A stretch of DNA of 58,188 bases, counting the filler, from Sphacelaria rigidula (taxonomy: Eukaryota): assembly GCA_964200075.2 (NCBI GenBank). It is 3 parts of 3 records of this genome, joined end to end, with 100 filler letters (N's around TTAATTAATTAA, not from the genome) between each part and the next. Parts side by side here need not be neighbours in the genome. Positions count along the whole stretch, not along the records: positions 1 to 19,338 come from CAXNAA020000685.1; 2 more parts are not named here. The stretch is one strand, 5' to 3'. The notes beneath the pieces are model-generated. The model saw only the letters and a program-made list of their open reading frames with translations, did no database searches and was not told the origin of the DNA. Below, in pieces: positions 1 to 14,100 of the stretch. The position numbers and the translations under genes were made by a program. Each line of letters begins with the position of its first letter. Position 1 is the stretch's first letter.

Positions 1-180
1 GAACCACTTTACCCCCATACCACCGTCCACCCAGCAGGAGGGCGTCTGCCCCCCGTGTGGGCCCCCTTTCTCGGGGAATCCCCCCCCCCCCCCCTCCCCC
101 TCCTCCCTCCCCGCATTGTAGCATCACTCTCATCGGTCGGCGTCAAGTACGTTTTTCGCTGGCTTTCATTTATCATCTCC

Positions 181-386
181 TAGGCCGTGTCTTGGGGCCT
201 GCCTTCGCACATGGGCTTTCGATCGAAAAGGTGCGGTGGAAAACAGAAAATTTCGATGTAATAGGTCGTGATTTCACCCATCTTCGAGAAAAACGACGAT
301 GATTGAAATTACGATTTGTCAGCTGGGGACTTTTGTTTTCCATCGCATATTTTCGATCGAAAGCTAATCTGCCTAGACACGCCCTG
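181..386. mobile_element. Degenerate MITE-like inverted-repeat element
   Basis: ctttcgatcgaaaaggtgcggtggaaaaca pairs with tgttttccatcgcatattttcgatcgaaag. Outer ends are taggccgtgtcttgg / cctagacacgccctg. No TSD seen. Confidence 0.4.
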
Positions 387-1509
387 ATGACATTAATTGG
401 TGCGCAAACGGAGGACAAATCACGCCAACTGCGGTGGAAAGGCATGAAGTCGAACTTGCTCCCGTTTTGCAGAGGACCGCGCTAGATAGATACCGCCCGT
501 TCACAAAACCACGCAAGTCCCACACAACTCATTCTCAACTTACATTGCAGTGACCATTAACCGATAAAATCGCCCTCTTAGCATGACGTCGTGGTGAGTG
601 GTACGGTTTGTTTGAGACATGGTTTCCATTTTCTTGACATGGCGTTGGTTAATTCCAAATCAAGACATTTGAAAGATACCATAGAGTCCTTCGCTCGATA
701 AAATATTCAATGGAAACGATGATCACTGATGATGCAGGTCTTCGAGTACACCACCGGTGGACCGGGGCCATCGCCAACGCCCTCCCCCATGGAATTGCCG
801 TCTGGCGATGGTGTATGCTACGCGGACAAGCAAAACGCCCGCATCCTTCCCGATGCCAACAAGAACATCGGCGATCTGACCATTGCGGTATGTAATTAGG
901 GAAACGGAAGGGGGGAAAAGGGAACGAGATGAAAGGCATGTGGCTTGGTCGAACACCGACGTCGCGGGATATTGCGATGTGGATGGTCCATCTGAGTCGC
1001 GCATCATTTTTCTCAAGTGAAAATTGATGCCGATTCAGCACGTGATCTGCCCTCGCGGTCAAAGGGTCAACGCATTGGCCACCGATAAAACCAAAAATAT
1101 CGGAGAGTAATGAAATCGGCGGGCAAAAACGACAAGTCTCTCGAGTTGCTCGACACACCGGGTTTGACGGGTAAAACAATCGTTGCGCGAGTATTGCTGT
1201 TTGCCGTTTGCTGTGAAGTACCAATTCCGAAGTGTTCGGCTTGGATCGCCACTTTGAATTGTCCATCAACGCATGTAGTAGGCCGTGCATGATATAAACG
1301 CTTGTCTGTGTTGATATACCTTCGCTCCCTTTCAAGCCCCACGCGCGAGTGAACGGTCTCTGCGCTGTCATGCCCGGTTGTGTTCTCACTCGCTGAAGTT
1401 TGATTGACCTTCCATTCCCGTCGTTCTCCTATGGCCCGCGGACTATCGTGACACGCCCCACTCTCTCATCTCCGTGGTGGACGTGACCCCCCTGCTCGGC
1501 ATTCGACAG

Positions 1510-2157
1510 AGCTGCAAGGCCATATGCGAGGCCGACCCCACCAACGCCTTCTACGGCGTGCAGTACAGTAAGGAGGTGTGAGAAAAATGTTCACCATGTC
1601 CCCTTCATTCACCTACGACAGTAGATGAGTCTGTGCTGAACGCAAGAACTGATGTATATCTTCACGATAGAAAAACATCACGGAGTCATAACTCGATGTG
1701 ACGATATGTTGAGATAGTCGTGTGCTTTTTCTCCGTCAGAAACTCGATTCGTGATCATTGAAGATCAACGTCGCTGCTTCCGTTTCTCGTTCAAAACATG
1801 AACCCGTCGAACAAGGGTCAGCATAAAGAGGTGTTGTGAAAACCGGATTGAAACGGTGTTTTCGACTCACGACCTAAGTCGGACCTTCACCTGTTATCCG
1901 TTTGCACCACCGAATGTAGTTTACTCCCGCAACGTGTAGGCTGGCTCCCTCCTTGATTGACCACGAGTCCGCCGATCGTCTCTTTGACTTGATGCACGCC
2001 GCATTGTCCATCTCCTCTGCACTGCAGTGTTGGTGTGGACCCGGCACGAGCGACATCTCGCAACATGGACTGTCGACCGCGTGTACCATGCCTTGCAGTG
2101 GCAATGCGAATGAGATCTGCGGTGGCGGCAACGCCATGAACGTCTACAGCATCGGCA
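1510..2157 (+). other. WSC domain module 1 (C-terminal two exons)
   Basis: Exon 1510-1575 encodes SCKAICEADPTNAFYGVQYSKE. Exon 2028-2157 encodes CWCGPGTSDISQHGLSTACTMPCSGNANEICGGGNAMNVYSIG, with WSC cysteine spacing. Confidence 0.88.
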
Positions 2158-5100
2158 GTAAGTGGCAATATCTCAACGCTGGCGTTTCCTCGTTCCCTCA
2201 CATTCATCGAGGACACGCACCGCTTGTTTATGCCGGTTTCACGGTTAGGACAAATCATCACGCTCGAAGGCTCGAATCACCAAATCCACGGTTTCTTCGG
2301 CATGATTGCCCAAAATGAAGAAGAAGAACGTTGACCGCTGGTCCAAGGGGTATCCACGCTACTTTTGCGCCATTCCACGTGTCTGGGCTGCGTGTACCTG
2401 AGTTGCAACGCTGAAAACAAAGCCTGTAGGGATTGATTCGTACGATTCGAATCAAATTACACTAAAACCAAGTAATTTTGAGGCGAATCATTGATTCGTC
2501 CGACCTTTGGTCGGTTTGGCATCAGCAGAAACCTTTTGGTTTCGGAGTTTAGCCGCTTTAAAGTACTGCGCGCTGAAGTTGAGCTATAGTAAATTCACTG
2601 CTCTGTTGGACTTCGCCCAAATTAGTCCCGGGTGGTTCTCATGAAGTGTGATGTTTCACGACACGCTTTGTGAAAAAAAATTAGAACAATCGGTTGTCTC
2701 CGATCAGCCATGAGAAGAGGATGCTCGAAAGGATGATGTGCGAGCTGAGGTCCGGAGCGGATACAAAATGTAGTGAGGACGCCCAGTCCCCCGTCCTCCA
2801 TCGATAACGCAACAAGCAGTGGGTGATCATTGATGACCTCTTGATTGGAAAAAACGTTAAGTGCGCCAGCGGTGTGTGGCCTGCAGCTTGGCAGCAAACG
2901 GCGACCAAAAATAAGAGTCTATTCGACAGTAACTCACTGGTGGTGAATGATCGCTGCATCGTAAGCGTTGACATGTCACCTGGGCGGCGCGTGGTTTCCG
3001 TTTCCTCACCGCAGCCACACAATGCATGACCCCCCCCCCAAAAAAAAAAAACATTTTCGAGAGCAGAGTTGGGAATGTATTCACTTTAAACAAACATAGA
3101 TATGAGGAAACTGCGATGGCAGTATAGCGTAAAAACCATGCAGAGAAAATATTGCCAGCTATAGTTGATGGGCCTGCATGGAAGAATGGTACGAAAGGGC
3201 GTGCTATTAGGTGGGATAGAGAAGCCGAGAAATTGTGGAAGGAGATAGGAGGAAAACAAGGTGAAATACTGTCCATCGGTGAAGACGCGGGGCACAAGGC
3301 AAAAGTACGAGATATGATCGAAGTAAGGGAAAAAGGAGCGCTCGGATACGAGGTAAAGGAGAAAGAACACCTCGAGATATACGGGTAGTTGAGAGAAGGG
3401 ATCGGGATGAAAGCAGATTTGCATGGCCCCATGGACGTTTCGAACAATATGAAATTGCGATTTCGGGTGGAGGACGTGGACCTGCGACAAAGAACAGAGA
3501 GATGTACCAGTAGTCGAAAGGAGGAGGAAGAAGGTAGACAGAACTCCCTCTGTTGCGAAGAAATAGAGAGCATGAGTCATATAGTGGCAGAATGTGAACT
3601 GTACAAGGAGGAAAGGGACATGCTAGAGGGGGAAATGCGGGACGTGAACAAAGGTGGCATGAAATCGTTTGATGCATTGGACAGTAGGGAGAAAACTATG
3701 GCTATACTAGGAGATGAATGGTGACCAGAGACGGCGAAACAGGACGGGGATAAGGTATGTAGAAGGTTTCTGCGCAATGTTTGGAAGGAACGTAATGAGC
3801 GCCGGAATGTTGGAGTCGTCTCTATCAGGAGTAGGGATGGTGCTTCGTCTCGAAAGGGATGCGCGGTCAATGGTCAAACGACTAAGGTAAGCAACAAATG
3901 AGTACGCCCCCCCGCCCCCTACCTGGCGCCATGTCCCGACGCTCCCTTTGCGACAGGTTCTACACCTACTCCCGAACCAACACCTACTCCCGAACCAACA
4001 CCTACCCCCGAACCAACACCTACTCCCGGTTCCGTGAACCCTGGCGACGGTGATTGCTATGCAGACGCCCAGAATGATCGCGTGTTTCCCCAGTCCACAA
4101 AAGGCATTTCGGATCTGACCCCTGAGGTACGTGTACTGTTCCGTGTACGAGGGGGATGCGGAGTTGAATTCGGCGATGGTGACTGGTCGTACACGTTCGA
4201 ATTTAAATGTTCGGTCGGCATCAGTAGTAGTGAATAGGCAACGAAGGGGGGGGGGAATTGGGGAGGCTGACCCTTGAGGGTACTCGGCACCTTCTTGAGG
4301 CCTACGCGTACGAATGAGAAGGTATGTGGGGTGCACCCGGCGACATAGCTCTTGATTAAAATCTCTGCAAATTGTGGTGATGGGAACGCAGGGGCGGGTT
4401 GACTCCCCGCTGTCACATTCGACCTCATCGCAGCTGTACCAACATACCTACTAGGAGAGTACATGCCTGGGCGTTGACCGGACTGACGCACATTTTTACG
4501 AAAGAAAAGGTCTCCGAGAAATCGAGTTTCCCCCTACAACAGTGGGGGAGCAAGTCTGCGCCATGAATGTGACCAGGGTCATTGTGGTGCTGAAGAAAAA
4601 AGCGGGGCGTTCCGGAAACAAGTTCCCTGTATACACCGGTCAACAATCCATACAGCTCGTTGATGGTTCTCCTTTTGAATATGCTGCTTTGTCGTGTTCT
4701 GTGTCTCCTTTGGTTGTATCTCCTTTGTTCGCCATGTACGATAGAGCTGCAAGGCTCTCTGCGAGGCTGACTCTACCAACTCCTACTATGGCGTGCAGTA
4801 CGGGAGCGAGGTGCGATGACGTTATCGGACTGATGCGTCGTTTTCTCCGGTTTGTCGCGTGTCTCGAGTTCGTCACAGTTGGTGTGAGGATGCCTCAATG
4901 TGATTGCGGAACTCCGTTAGCCTCCCGGATTCCCGTCGTTATTGCGCGCATCATAGCTTAGTTTTTAGCACTTTCCAGCAGAGTACCCGCGTAACCACGT
5001 GGGGTTCCAGGGCACGTAAAGATGGGGTTGGATCCTTCAGAGTTTGTTAAATCGTTCTTGCCACGGTATTTCTAGTCTGTGGTAGCCACCTCTGGTGTTG

Positions 5101-8100
5101 ACTTCTAGTGAGTACCCCTCGGCGAAGGCAATACAAGTGCAGAAGTGCAAGATATATGTTTTGTGTTGGGCTTGCCATTGCCTGTCTTGCCCAGAGGAAC
5201 GCGTCTCAAGGTCAACGTTACAGTGCTTTATGTACCGCATTTCCTCACGACCACGGCTGTTCGGTGGTGGGTGGTGGGAGTCCACCGTGCCCCGAAGAAA
5301 CGTCGCTCCCACGAGAACACTCAGACACAAGGTAGTATCGCCTTCAAGACGCACCAGTGACGGGTATACCTCGGAGATTATCTGCCGTTTTGGTTTCGAC
5401 CCATACTTGTTTGACCCCTTTGGCTGGGTCGCTTGCGTCTGCTCTATCCACGATGTACTTACTACCTTTGCAGTGCTGGTGCGGACCTGCCTCGAGCGAC
5501 ATCGACAAGCACGGTCTGTCTACCGCATGCACCAAGGCTTGTTCCGGCGATGCGAACGTGATCTGCGGCGGCGGTAACGCCATGAACATCTACAGCATCG
5601 AAGGTATAAATTACATTCGACAACGGGGGATGATTGATGAGGCAAATGCTGCCCATCGACTGCCTGGTCTTCCCTAGCTTTTTTAAGACATCGGGCTTCG
5701 CTCTACTCCAAAAGGTGCGGCTCGAACCCCCTCTCACCTTCAGTAGCTCTACAATCTAACATTCCTTTCGCTCCGGCCCTCGCCTGCGCCCCCGCCCCCG
5801 CCCCCGCCCGATTCTTGCATGCACATTTGCCCCACTCGCTCCCCATTACCCTAGCTTCCGGTACTCCGCCCTCCTCTCCGACTCCAGCCCCAAGTACCCC
5901 AGCTCCCGATACTCCGCCCCCCTCTCCTACTCCAGAGCCAACTAACCCTGTCACTCTGCCACCCTTTGGCGGTGGGGTATTGCCTACGGTGTTTGTGGAC
6001 CTGGTTCCCTGCATCCTTACTCCTGGAGCAATTGTGAGTTAGTACACGGTGATGAAAGTGGAAACGAAGTCATTTTGCATGTGCATACTGTGGCAGGCTA
6101 GCTTGTCGATTATTGATTAGTACATTTGGGTTGTCGATGTCGCGGGATAGAACGAAGCAAAATGGCAATTGCGAGTGAGGTTTAGCCGGGAGAATGCGTC
6201 ATGTTCGCAGATTTCACGAAGATTGTCCCAACCTCGTAACTAGAACGGGTTTGTTGTACTCAGCCATAGTTATTGTAATGAATAGTTGCACGCGAAATGG
6301 AGCCCTCGGATAGTCATCTGCCTGAATCGTGCAGCCGTCATCGTAAGCTTGTATCTTGGCTGTTCCGCCTGCATTTTCACTTTTTCATTTCGCTTGCATT
6401 TTCGTCTGACGTATCTTGTGCACCTCTTGCGGTCTGCGAACGACCAGACCGAGGCTACCGCGGGCCCCTACATGTTGGAGATATTCTACAAAGGTTATTG
6501 GTCGGGCGCTCCGGTGAGCACTTGATCACGGTGTCAAACGCATGTCACGGGGGCCTGTCGTACATTATAATCGTACTTGTAATTGTATCATGCTGAGCCG
6601 GTCATGATGGCATCATCACTCTGTTCCCCGAGCACATTTGAACGGCATTTTGTTCAGTACCACTGTTAGGCCGTACTCATGACCTCGACTCAGTAACCGT
6701 CTCCATGATCAAGACCTCCCCATGTCTAGCGACTAAAGGTTTGTCGACGTCATCCGAATGCAGATTATTATTGTTGCTCCCGGGGACGACCTTCTGACGG
6801 AGCTGACGATCGATACTGATCACGGAAAGTGCAACACCGTGTACGTGGGATTGCCGGCGACTGACGCCCAGTTTGCCGCTCTGTCCGAGTACTCCTCCAC
6901 CTTCAAGGCTCGAATTGTGTACCTGGACGTTTCTGAAACGTCGGTGCATCCTGATTTCACGACGAAGCTTGGCATCGAGGCGTACTGGGCGGGAGACCTG
7001 TTGTCGCCTTCAGCCATCGGACTGACAGGTGAGTGAAACACATTCCCTGCGTGGTTGCTGTTCTGTATTGGTCTCGCGGATGCTGTCCAAGCGTTTGCTT
7101 ACCAGAAACCGGTACTTGTCCACGATCACCTTGTATGCATAATGATTCCATGATCGCGTTCGCTGTTCCAAATCAGCCCGATCACCTAGAGAGCGTCCCT
7201 GCTGGTGCTGTGGCATCCTCCTTCGTACGTATTCTCAATTGATTGACATGCGCTTTTCTACTGACGTGTATTTTTGACGCCTTTTGTGCTGATGGATGCT
7301 GTTTATCCGTACGTGCTTCTTCAACAGCTGAGGGTGCCGCCGGCGCGAGGATTGTGAACTCGGGCCTGCAGACCGACCCTGCTGCGAACAATCTATTCAC
7401 CCGGCCCATCCGAATCACGGGAGCCACTCCTGGTACCACGCCTGTTGCCGAGTGAGTATTACAGCAATCTCCAACTCAACGGCCTTGTGTTGTGCGTCGA
7501 AGGTAGTGGTGGATGCTGCAAAACACTACACCTTCCCACCACGCTTGTATGAAGCACACGAGCACTGATGGAATAACATCGTGGGTGGTGTATCCGGCAG
7601 TTTATGGCTTCGTTGATCGCACGGTAGTGGTGTGAAATAAATTTGGCACCGTGATGAAATATATACACAGTCTTCAATTTTGCAGTACGTACAAGTCTTA
7701 CGAGGGGGCTCATTGCAGTTGAAGCGGCCAAGATGTGCCGCCTTAGCAATCAATGTTTTATGACTATATCGGGATGGATCAGTTGGCCTGCCGCCAGCAA
7801 TATGAAACTGTTCACGCCGAGAAATCCTTTGGAGGTCGATGGTGGAAGTCTATTAGGCGAATGGCTCCGCCGCTACCTGCTGTCCTTCGATGCAGTGTCT
7901 GATGGCTACGCCAAAGTTACTCTCCACAACACGATACACGTGCTATTTTGCTTTCTGCAGTGCTCTCGTGCACTCTGCAAGTCGGCTGTCCATGACCAAG
8001 TACAGCCCCGCCTCCGGAACGTCACGCCTGCCAGTTGGTGCGGAGAACTTGAACTCCAAAGGACGCGGTTGTTGGGAAGAGTTTGACGAGGAAAATTTTC

Positions 8101-11100
8101 CAACAATTCCAATCTTTTCAAATCGCACTTCTGAATTTCTCGAACCCCATAGGACATAACCTTGGGTCGACATGTGTGATTTGGCACCAGCTGACGAGAC
8201 ATTTTATGAGTCATGACGTGCAGAGGGTAGGTTTCTGGAAACCGTGTAGTTGTAATGTGTCGAAAAACTTATCCGCGCTTTGGTCTAGTCTGAAGATTTG
8301 AAACATTACATTGCAACAGTCGTGGCTGTGCTCGGTTTGTATAGAGATGAGGTCTGCCCGCACCGCTTGGAAGCTTCGGAGTACCCCAACATCGTTGGCC
8401 GCCAGTTGTCATGTAGGAGACCACTGCAGGTGACGTCAAAACCGAACGCATATCTTGCACCTCGTTCTTGTGCGTGCCCTTCATGTGCCGTGTCTTGCAC
8501 AAGGTACCTCGACGGATCCGGGACACCGATAACAAGCGACGGCTTCCCTGGCGTGGCAATGATGGAGTACAAGGATGCCGCCACAGGTCTCGAAGAGTTG
8601 CACGTATTCTTTTCCATCGGGTGGTTCGACCTTGGCTCGTGGGCATGGCTGCACCACATCGTGGAGTGGGCTACTAAGGGTGTGTTTATGGTAAGATATG
8701 GTTTCTGTCGTTCGGGAGTAATAGTTCTCAAAGATTTCCCGATGTGGATGCAGAAAAAAAGTTCTCGGTTCACGCATCAAATATCCTGTACTGCATTCAG
8801 ATCCTCTTTCGACGGTTCGTTTTCCTCTTTGAACGGCTTATTTTCCCTTGAAGTCTCCCCCCCCTCCCCCACGTCTTTCGCCCATTGTAACCCGACCTCG
8901 TCTATATTTGTGCCCCAACCGACGTAACGTCAACACCAGGGAGAGCGCCGTTTCTACCTGGGAGCCACGGTTGATGACCTGTTCCTCGCCACCAACGAAT
9001 TCAAATACGATGGCTTGTTCAACGAGGGCACGGTAAGTGGAAGATGTGTTGTCGCGAACCCTTGGAGTAATATCTTGCTGATTGTTCGGGTTGTCCGTCG
9101 AGGGTCTTGTGAAGTTCTATCGCGGATCTGAGCGCACTACGGCATGTTATTCATAACCCGCCTTTCTGTGGGTGCCACATGGTTTAATTGAGGATGCCCT
9201 TGTTGAAATCATCCCTGAACTCCCGAATCGTTCCGGCATTTCGTGCCCTCGCCTCCGCGTATTAACATATCAACCGCTCACGTTAACGCGTGTTTTCGAG
9301 CTCAACCTCTGATCCTCCTGCTTTTCCCCCGTGTATTCCTCCCGCTGTCCTACCCGCTGGTGTTGTGCCGTATGTGCGTCTCGCGGTTGACGCCACACAG
9401 GCGTACAGATGTTCAGCTGCGGACTACAAGAAGATGATCGTTGTGCAGGATGATCTGAACAACCAGTACTCGTCCGAAATCATCACGGAGTACGCCTTCA
9501 ACGGGGCTGGTATCCTTCAAGAGGTGAGTATGAAAATGAGCTACAATAAATCACGGAGGATATTTTTACTTCAGCGTGCTCCAACTCCGTCGCCCCCGTC
9601 AATGAAATATAGATGTCGTTACGGACAAGGATTCAGCCCTTTATTCTAGGTGGAGCAGAGTCTCTCAGGCTTAGGCTGTTTTTGAAGTTGTCATCAGCTG
9701 ACAGCTGCGTGCCCATGTTATCTTTCCACGAGTCCACATCGGAGTCCATAGAAGTAAAGCGTCGACCTCTGCTACCGTGCGTATATGGTTTGTGTCGTTG
9801 TACATGGTGAGGCCAGGATCGGTGACAGGGGGTAGGATGTCCAAAGAACCATGACTTTGACCCTCAAAATGTGTTTCACGACGTGTATTCTTTGCAGAAC
9901 AAGGTGAGGCTAGGAGGGGTGAAGAAGAGGGCGGGTGTCGAGGAAGAGCATTGCGCTCCAAGCTTACGTAAATTAAATGTTCGCGATAGCGAAGATGCAA
10001 TGACGCACGGTCGTAACTGAAGAAGGAATGCTCGTTTTCAGTGAGATCTTATTACATACTCTCCGTGGAAACGTGGTGGATTGCTCGACCGAGTCCTCGC
10101 GTTCGTTTCGGCGATCACTGCGGCATTCTGCTTGCCGAGATTGTGCAGTTCTATTCCTGGCCCGGAGATTGTTCCCTCGCGAAGTCGCTCGTAGCCCCGA
10201 TGGGAGTAGCGTGCTAGCGTGTACGCAGCGATGTATCTCACTACCCTAGCTCACCGCCTCCTTACGACCGCGTGCTTCAAAATATAGGTCGGTTCTCCGT
10301 ACGTACCTCCGTACGAGGAGACGATCGTCACTGTCAAGGGGACAAAGATGACACCTCCTGGTGAGTTCGGCGCGTGACTCGCTCGTTCTATTTGCTTGGA
10401 CTGCTCACACGTGTTCCAAAATTTTCATGCTGCGCACGTACTTCGGTATTGCGATGAGGGGGACTTCTGGAGATTTGGATTTTGTTCGCACGGAGGGTAA
10501 TCTCTCCGTGCTTCCGCCCATCCATTACGCACCCTTATCGCTGTTTGTCGGTTGCTGATGTGCCCCGCCCTCATGACTTTGCTCCATGTACGGTCTTATG
10601 AGCGCGACGCTGTGGCCGGTGATTATTGAGGGCTCATCTCGGGTCCGTTTTCAGCTCTTCGGTTGGCGTCGTTCATGTCACCTCTGGCGGTGGAGTATTC
10701 TAGTTTGGTCCACCACCGGTGCTTGGTGGTATTGGTTGAGCCATGCCTGCCCCCCCCCCACCCCGCCCCACATATACACACACACACATATGCGCGTTGC
10801 AGGCCTACAAAGCGTGGTTATTCCAACGGACTACCTGAGCGTTACCGTACCCCTCATGGAGGCCGAGGCAGCCGCCGGTGATTGGGACAGTGACGCTCTG
10901 CTCCAGGCGGTACTAGCTTACCCCAACGATGGCTTCCATGGTAGTCATACCCTCACACATCTTTCTCGCGACGAGCTCCAAGCATCAGACTGCAACGCCG
11001 AAGACGGAGGTATGTACGCTGCGTGTAGAGCGGCATAAAGTTGGGAGAGGGAGGGAAGAGAGGGTGTCATCCCCGTGCATGCGGTCACGGAAGGGTCAAC

Positions 11101-14100
11101 AAATATTGACCCATGAGCGAGTAAGCGTGTTGGGAGGCTGAGCACCTATGGAAGGGGGCAAGGGACTGGACCCGAGTCTGAAAACTGTGTAAGAAGCTTT
11201 GTTTTCATGTACTCAAGTCATTCTTGGTCGGGGTTCGTGGTCTTGTCCTTCAGTAGTGCGACCATTTATTCACTGTGTTCGTCTACGATTTTTGCATTTC
11301 TCATCGTGAATTACGTGAGCAAGGACAAAACCGTAATTTATCCACAAATACTTCCAGTCACTGAACGAATGAAACCAACACATTCGGTTATTTCTCACTT
11401 TGAGACCATGAGCAGGGATCAGCATGAGTAAAACAAAGAACACTCCAAGGGTCTGTCGCGGAGACCTCCACCTGCCCCCCCCCCCCCCAATTTTTCGAAA
11501 ATTGTCGGGATTGTTTCTTTTTTTCAACAATGCCACATATAATATATTCGTACGGCCTACGTGTCCAGAAAGCTTTCTTCGACTGATCCTTGGTTATCAA
11601 GGAAGGGATCAATATCCCTCCTCGTGAACGAGCTATACGGGATATTACAGCAGGATCAACATCAGTTGACACGTGCAGTGATTTTCCTTACGACTCTGTT
11701 TTTTTACTGGGGCACGTGTAACCTTCTAGGAAGCGAGGGAGGGCAACTGTGGCACGTCCCCTCACGCCAACCACGTTCATGATGTACCGGTCGCAAATTC
11801 GTATTGGTTGATTCCCTTCCGAAACGTGGTGTCGTGGACATCAGATCGCCATTTTGGCTGTTTTCTTTTGCGCATTTTTGAATGTGCTTTTGCGGCGTGC
11901 TTTTGTTCACGCTGCCTCGCCGAACGTGCTCTCGCTCGACGTGTTTCTTGTCTTTTCAACCACCAACGCTTCCCCCCACACGCAGCCAACGCACGGATCG
12001 CGGTGTTTTCGGGCATGTTTGACATGGACACTTACAACTGGCGGAGTATGGTTTCGCCGGGTATCACCGGTCTCTTCAACGCCAACTGTCTCATGTCCGG
12101 TGAAGCCAACCTCATGACTTGCTACCCCGGTGACAACACGTACGATGGCATACAGACCGCCGTAAGCCTTGTCAACGAGGACAGCCAGTTCCACTCCATC
12201 TACACCACCGTGGCCACAAACGGTGAGAATTCGCTAGAAAGCGCTCAAAATACTGTGGTGTGCAGAACGAGAGAGTTGGCCTTTGTATTCAAATCAACTT
12301 CCGCCGAAGGTGATGAACGCTTCGCGACGTCTGATATTTCGCCTATCAAGGAAAGAGGGGAAGGAAAGGGGAGCAGTGGAGTGCAAGTTATTTCGAAATA
12401 TGGTTGACCAAAGACAGCTAGTTGTTTCGACCTGACGTCTTCCTCTTCGGACTCTTGCCGCCGCGCATGTTGATACCATTACAAACTAGGGCACGCTGGC
12501 ATGCAGATCGTGCCCCGCTTCGCAACCTTCGTCTACTATAACTGTGTCAGCGGCAAGGTAAGCGGGGACTTGAGCCGGGTGGAACCAGGATATCGTATCG
12601 CTATCCAGTTACGATCTGTGGGGTGCTGGAAGTATAGTTCCCAACATGTCTGTGGTGAAGTGTCGACTTGGCTCGTCATGGGTGACCACTGCCTAATATA
12701 AACGTCTAGCATGATTCCTCTTTTCGAGCGCTCAAAAATGTGCTCGTCAGCCGTCTCCCGTTACATGACCCTGTCGTTTGCTGTTGATGTTTTTGTTGCT
12801 GTTGTTGTCGTCCTTGTCGTCCCTGTTCGGTTTTCACTCGCATGGTTTGCCCGAGAACTATTAGTGCCTCGTGGATGAAAACGAATATATCAGGCGGATT
12901 GTCTGCGGCTGCTCGGAGCTGGACCCCACCATACCGGACCGTGGGGTGAGGAATGATGTGGAGGCAAACGCTTTTTGTGTTTCAAAATGTTTTCTTTTCA
13001 ATGTCATGTATATTGTAGTGTCCAGTGCAGGTCGACAAGGGCAGCTCCACCATCGAAGTCATTCTCGGCAATTGTGTGGGAAGGTTGCTCGTTGGTGACT
13101 ACGTCTTCGTTCCCTTGCTCTGTGGTGTTTTGTTGCTTGTCGCACACCCTTGAGCAGACGTGCTCGAACGTCGGCTCCGTGTACGGCTGCAACAGCGATG
13201 ATGACATTGCTTCCTTCGGTTCCATCGACGCTATTTTCAAGACCGAGGCTGAGACCACGACGCGCTACATGCTAATGGGTCGCAGGTATGCGAAGGCATG
13301 TGATTCAGATTTTTGTGCTCAGGCAAGTCTTATCGAAGACGATCACTTTTGAAAACATATCATCCTGGTAGACACTTTGCCTTCACTACGACAACATTTG
13401 AGACTCGCCAGATTTGTCCAGGTCGAACTCCAGATCTCCAACGAGGGTCACAAATGTGGTGGTTCTGGAGTTGGTCGCTAGTCCCATCATTTCCGAAGCA
13501 ACGCACCACCGACACACTGAGGTCGGAAAACAATGCTCAGACATCCACCACTCACGCGCATCAGCCGTAGTGCTAGCTCTTGTTCATCTAGTCGCGGCAC
13601 TCTTCGTTTTATGGTATTATGTATGTAGTTGGAGGAACGGCGGCCGCGTGCGTGTCAAATTCAAACTGAAAGCGTGTCGTTGCTGAGCGGATGTATGCAT
13701 GTAGTGTGCGCGCGTCCCACAGACGAACCATCGACTGTGAACACATTTGAGCTACTGTAGGTCACGTCCAACGTGCTCAGCTGACGAGCAGCTACACTAC
13801 CGCACCAACCGTGTGCTTTTGGTTTGCAGGGGCATCGCTATCCTCAGGGTCACGTTTGACTTGTCAAGCCTTGCATGTGCCCACATCAATGAGATGCTCA
13901 TGCTACCGTTCGAGGTGTCACAAAGTCACTTTTGCAAAGCGATATCAGGAAGTGCATTTTTCCTGAAATTACTCTCCAAAACAGTTGTTTCGGGGCATTT
14001 TTTCTAGGGGGATGTGTTGTCTCGCGTCTAATCACCGAGCGTTTTATCCCCCGTTTTTTTTGTTTTTCAGTGACAACCGTCTTCGATGAGTACCGACCTC

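Noticed and set aside
581-600. Possible first exon ending at gtg|gtgagt (~593)
   Set aside because: No signal peptide or N-terminal WSC half (C-Y-x-D motif) precedes it in frame, so it cannot be joined convincingly to exon 1510.
649-1389. 246-aa minus-strand ORF
   Set aside because: No recognisable motif and a non-ATG start. It lies antisense within the presumed upstream intron of the WSC gene.
2857-3677. Several long minus-strand Phe/Ser-rich ORFs
   Set aside because: These are antisense shadows of the purine-rich LINE remnant.
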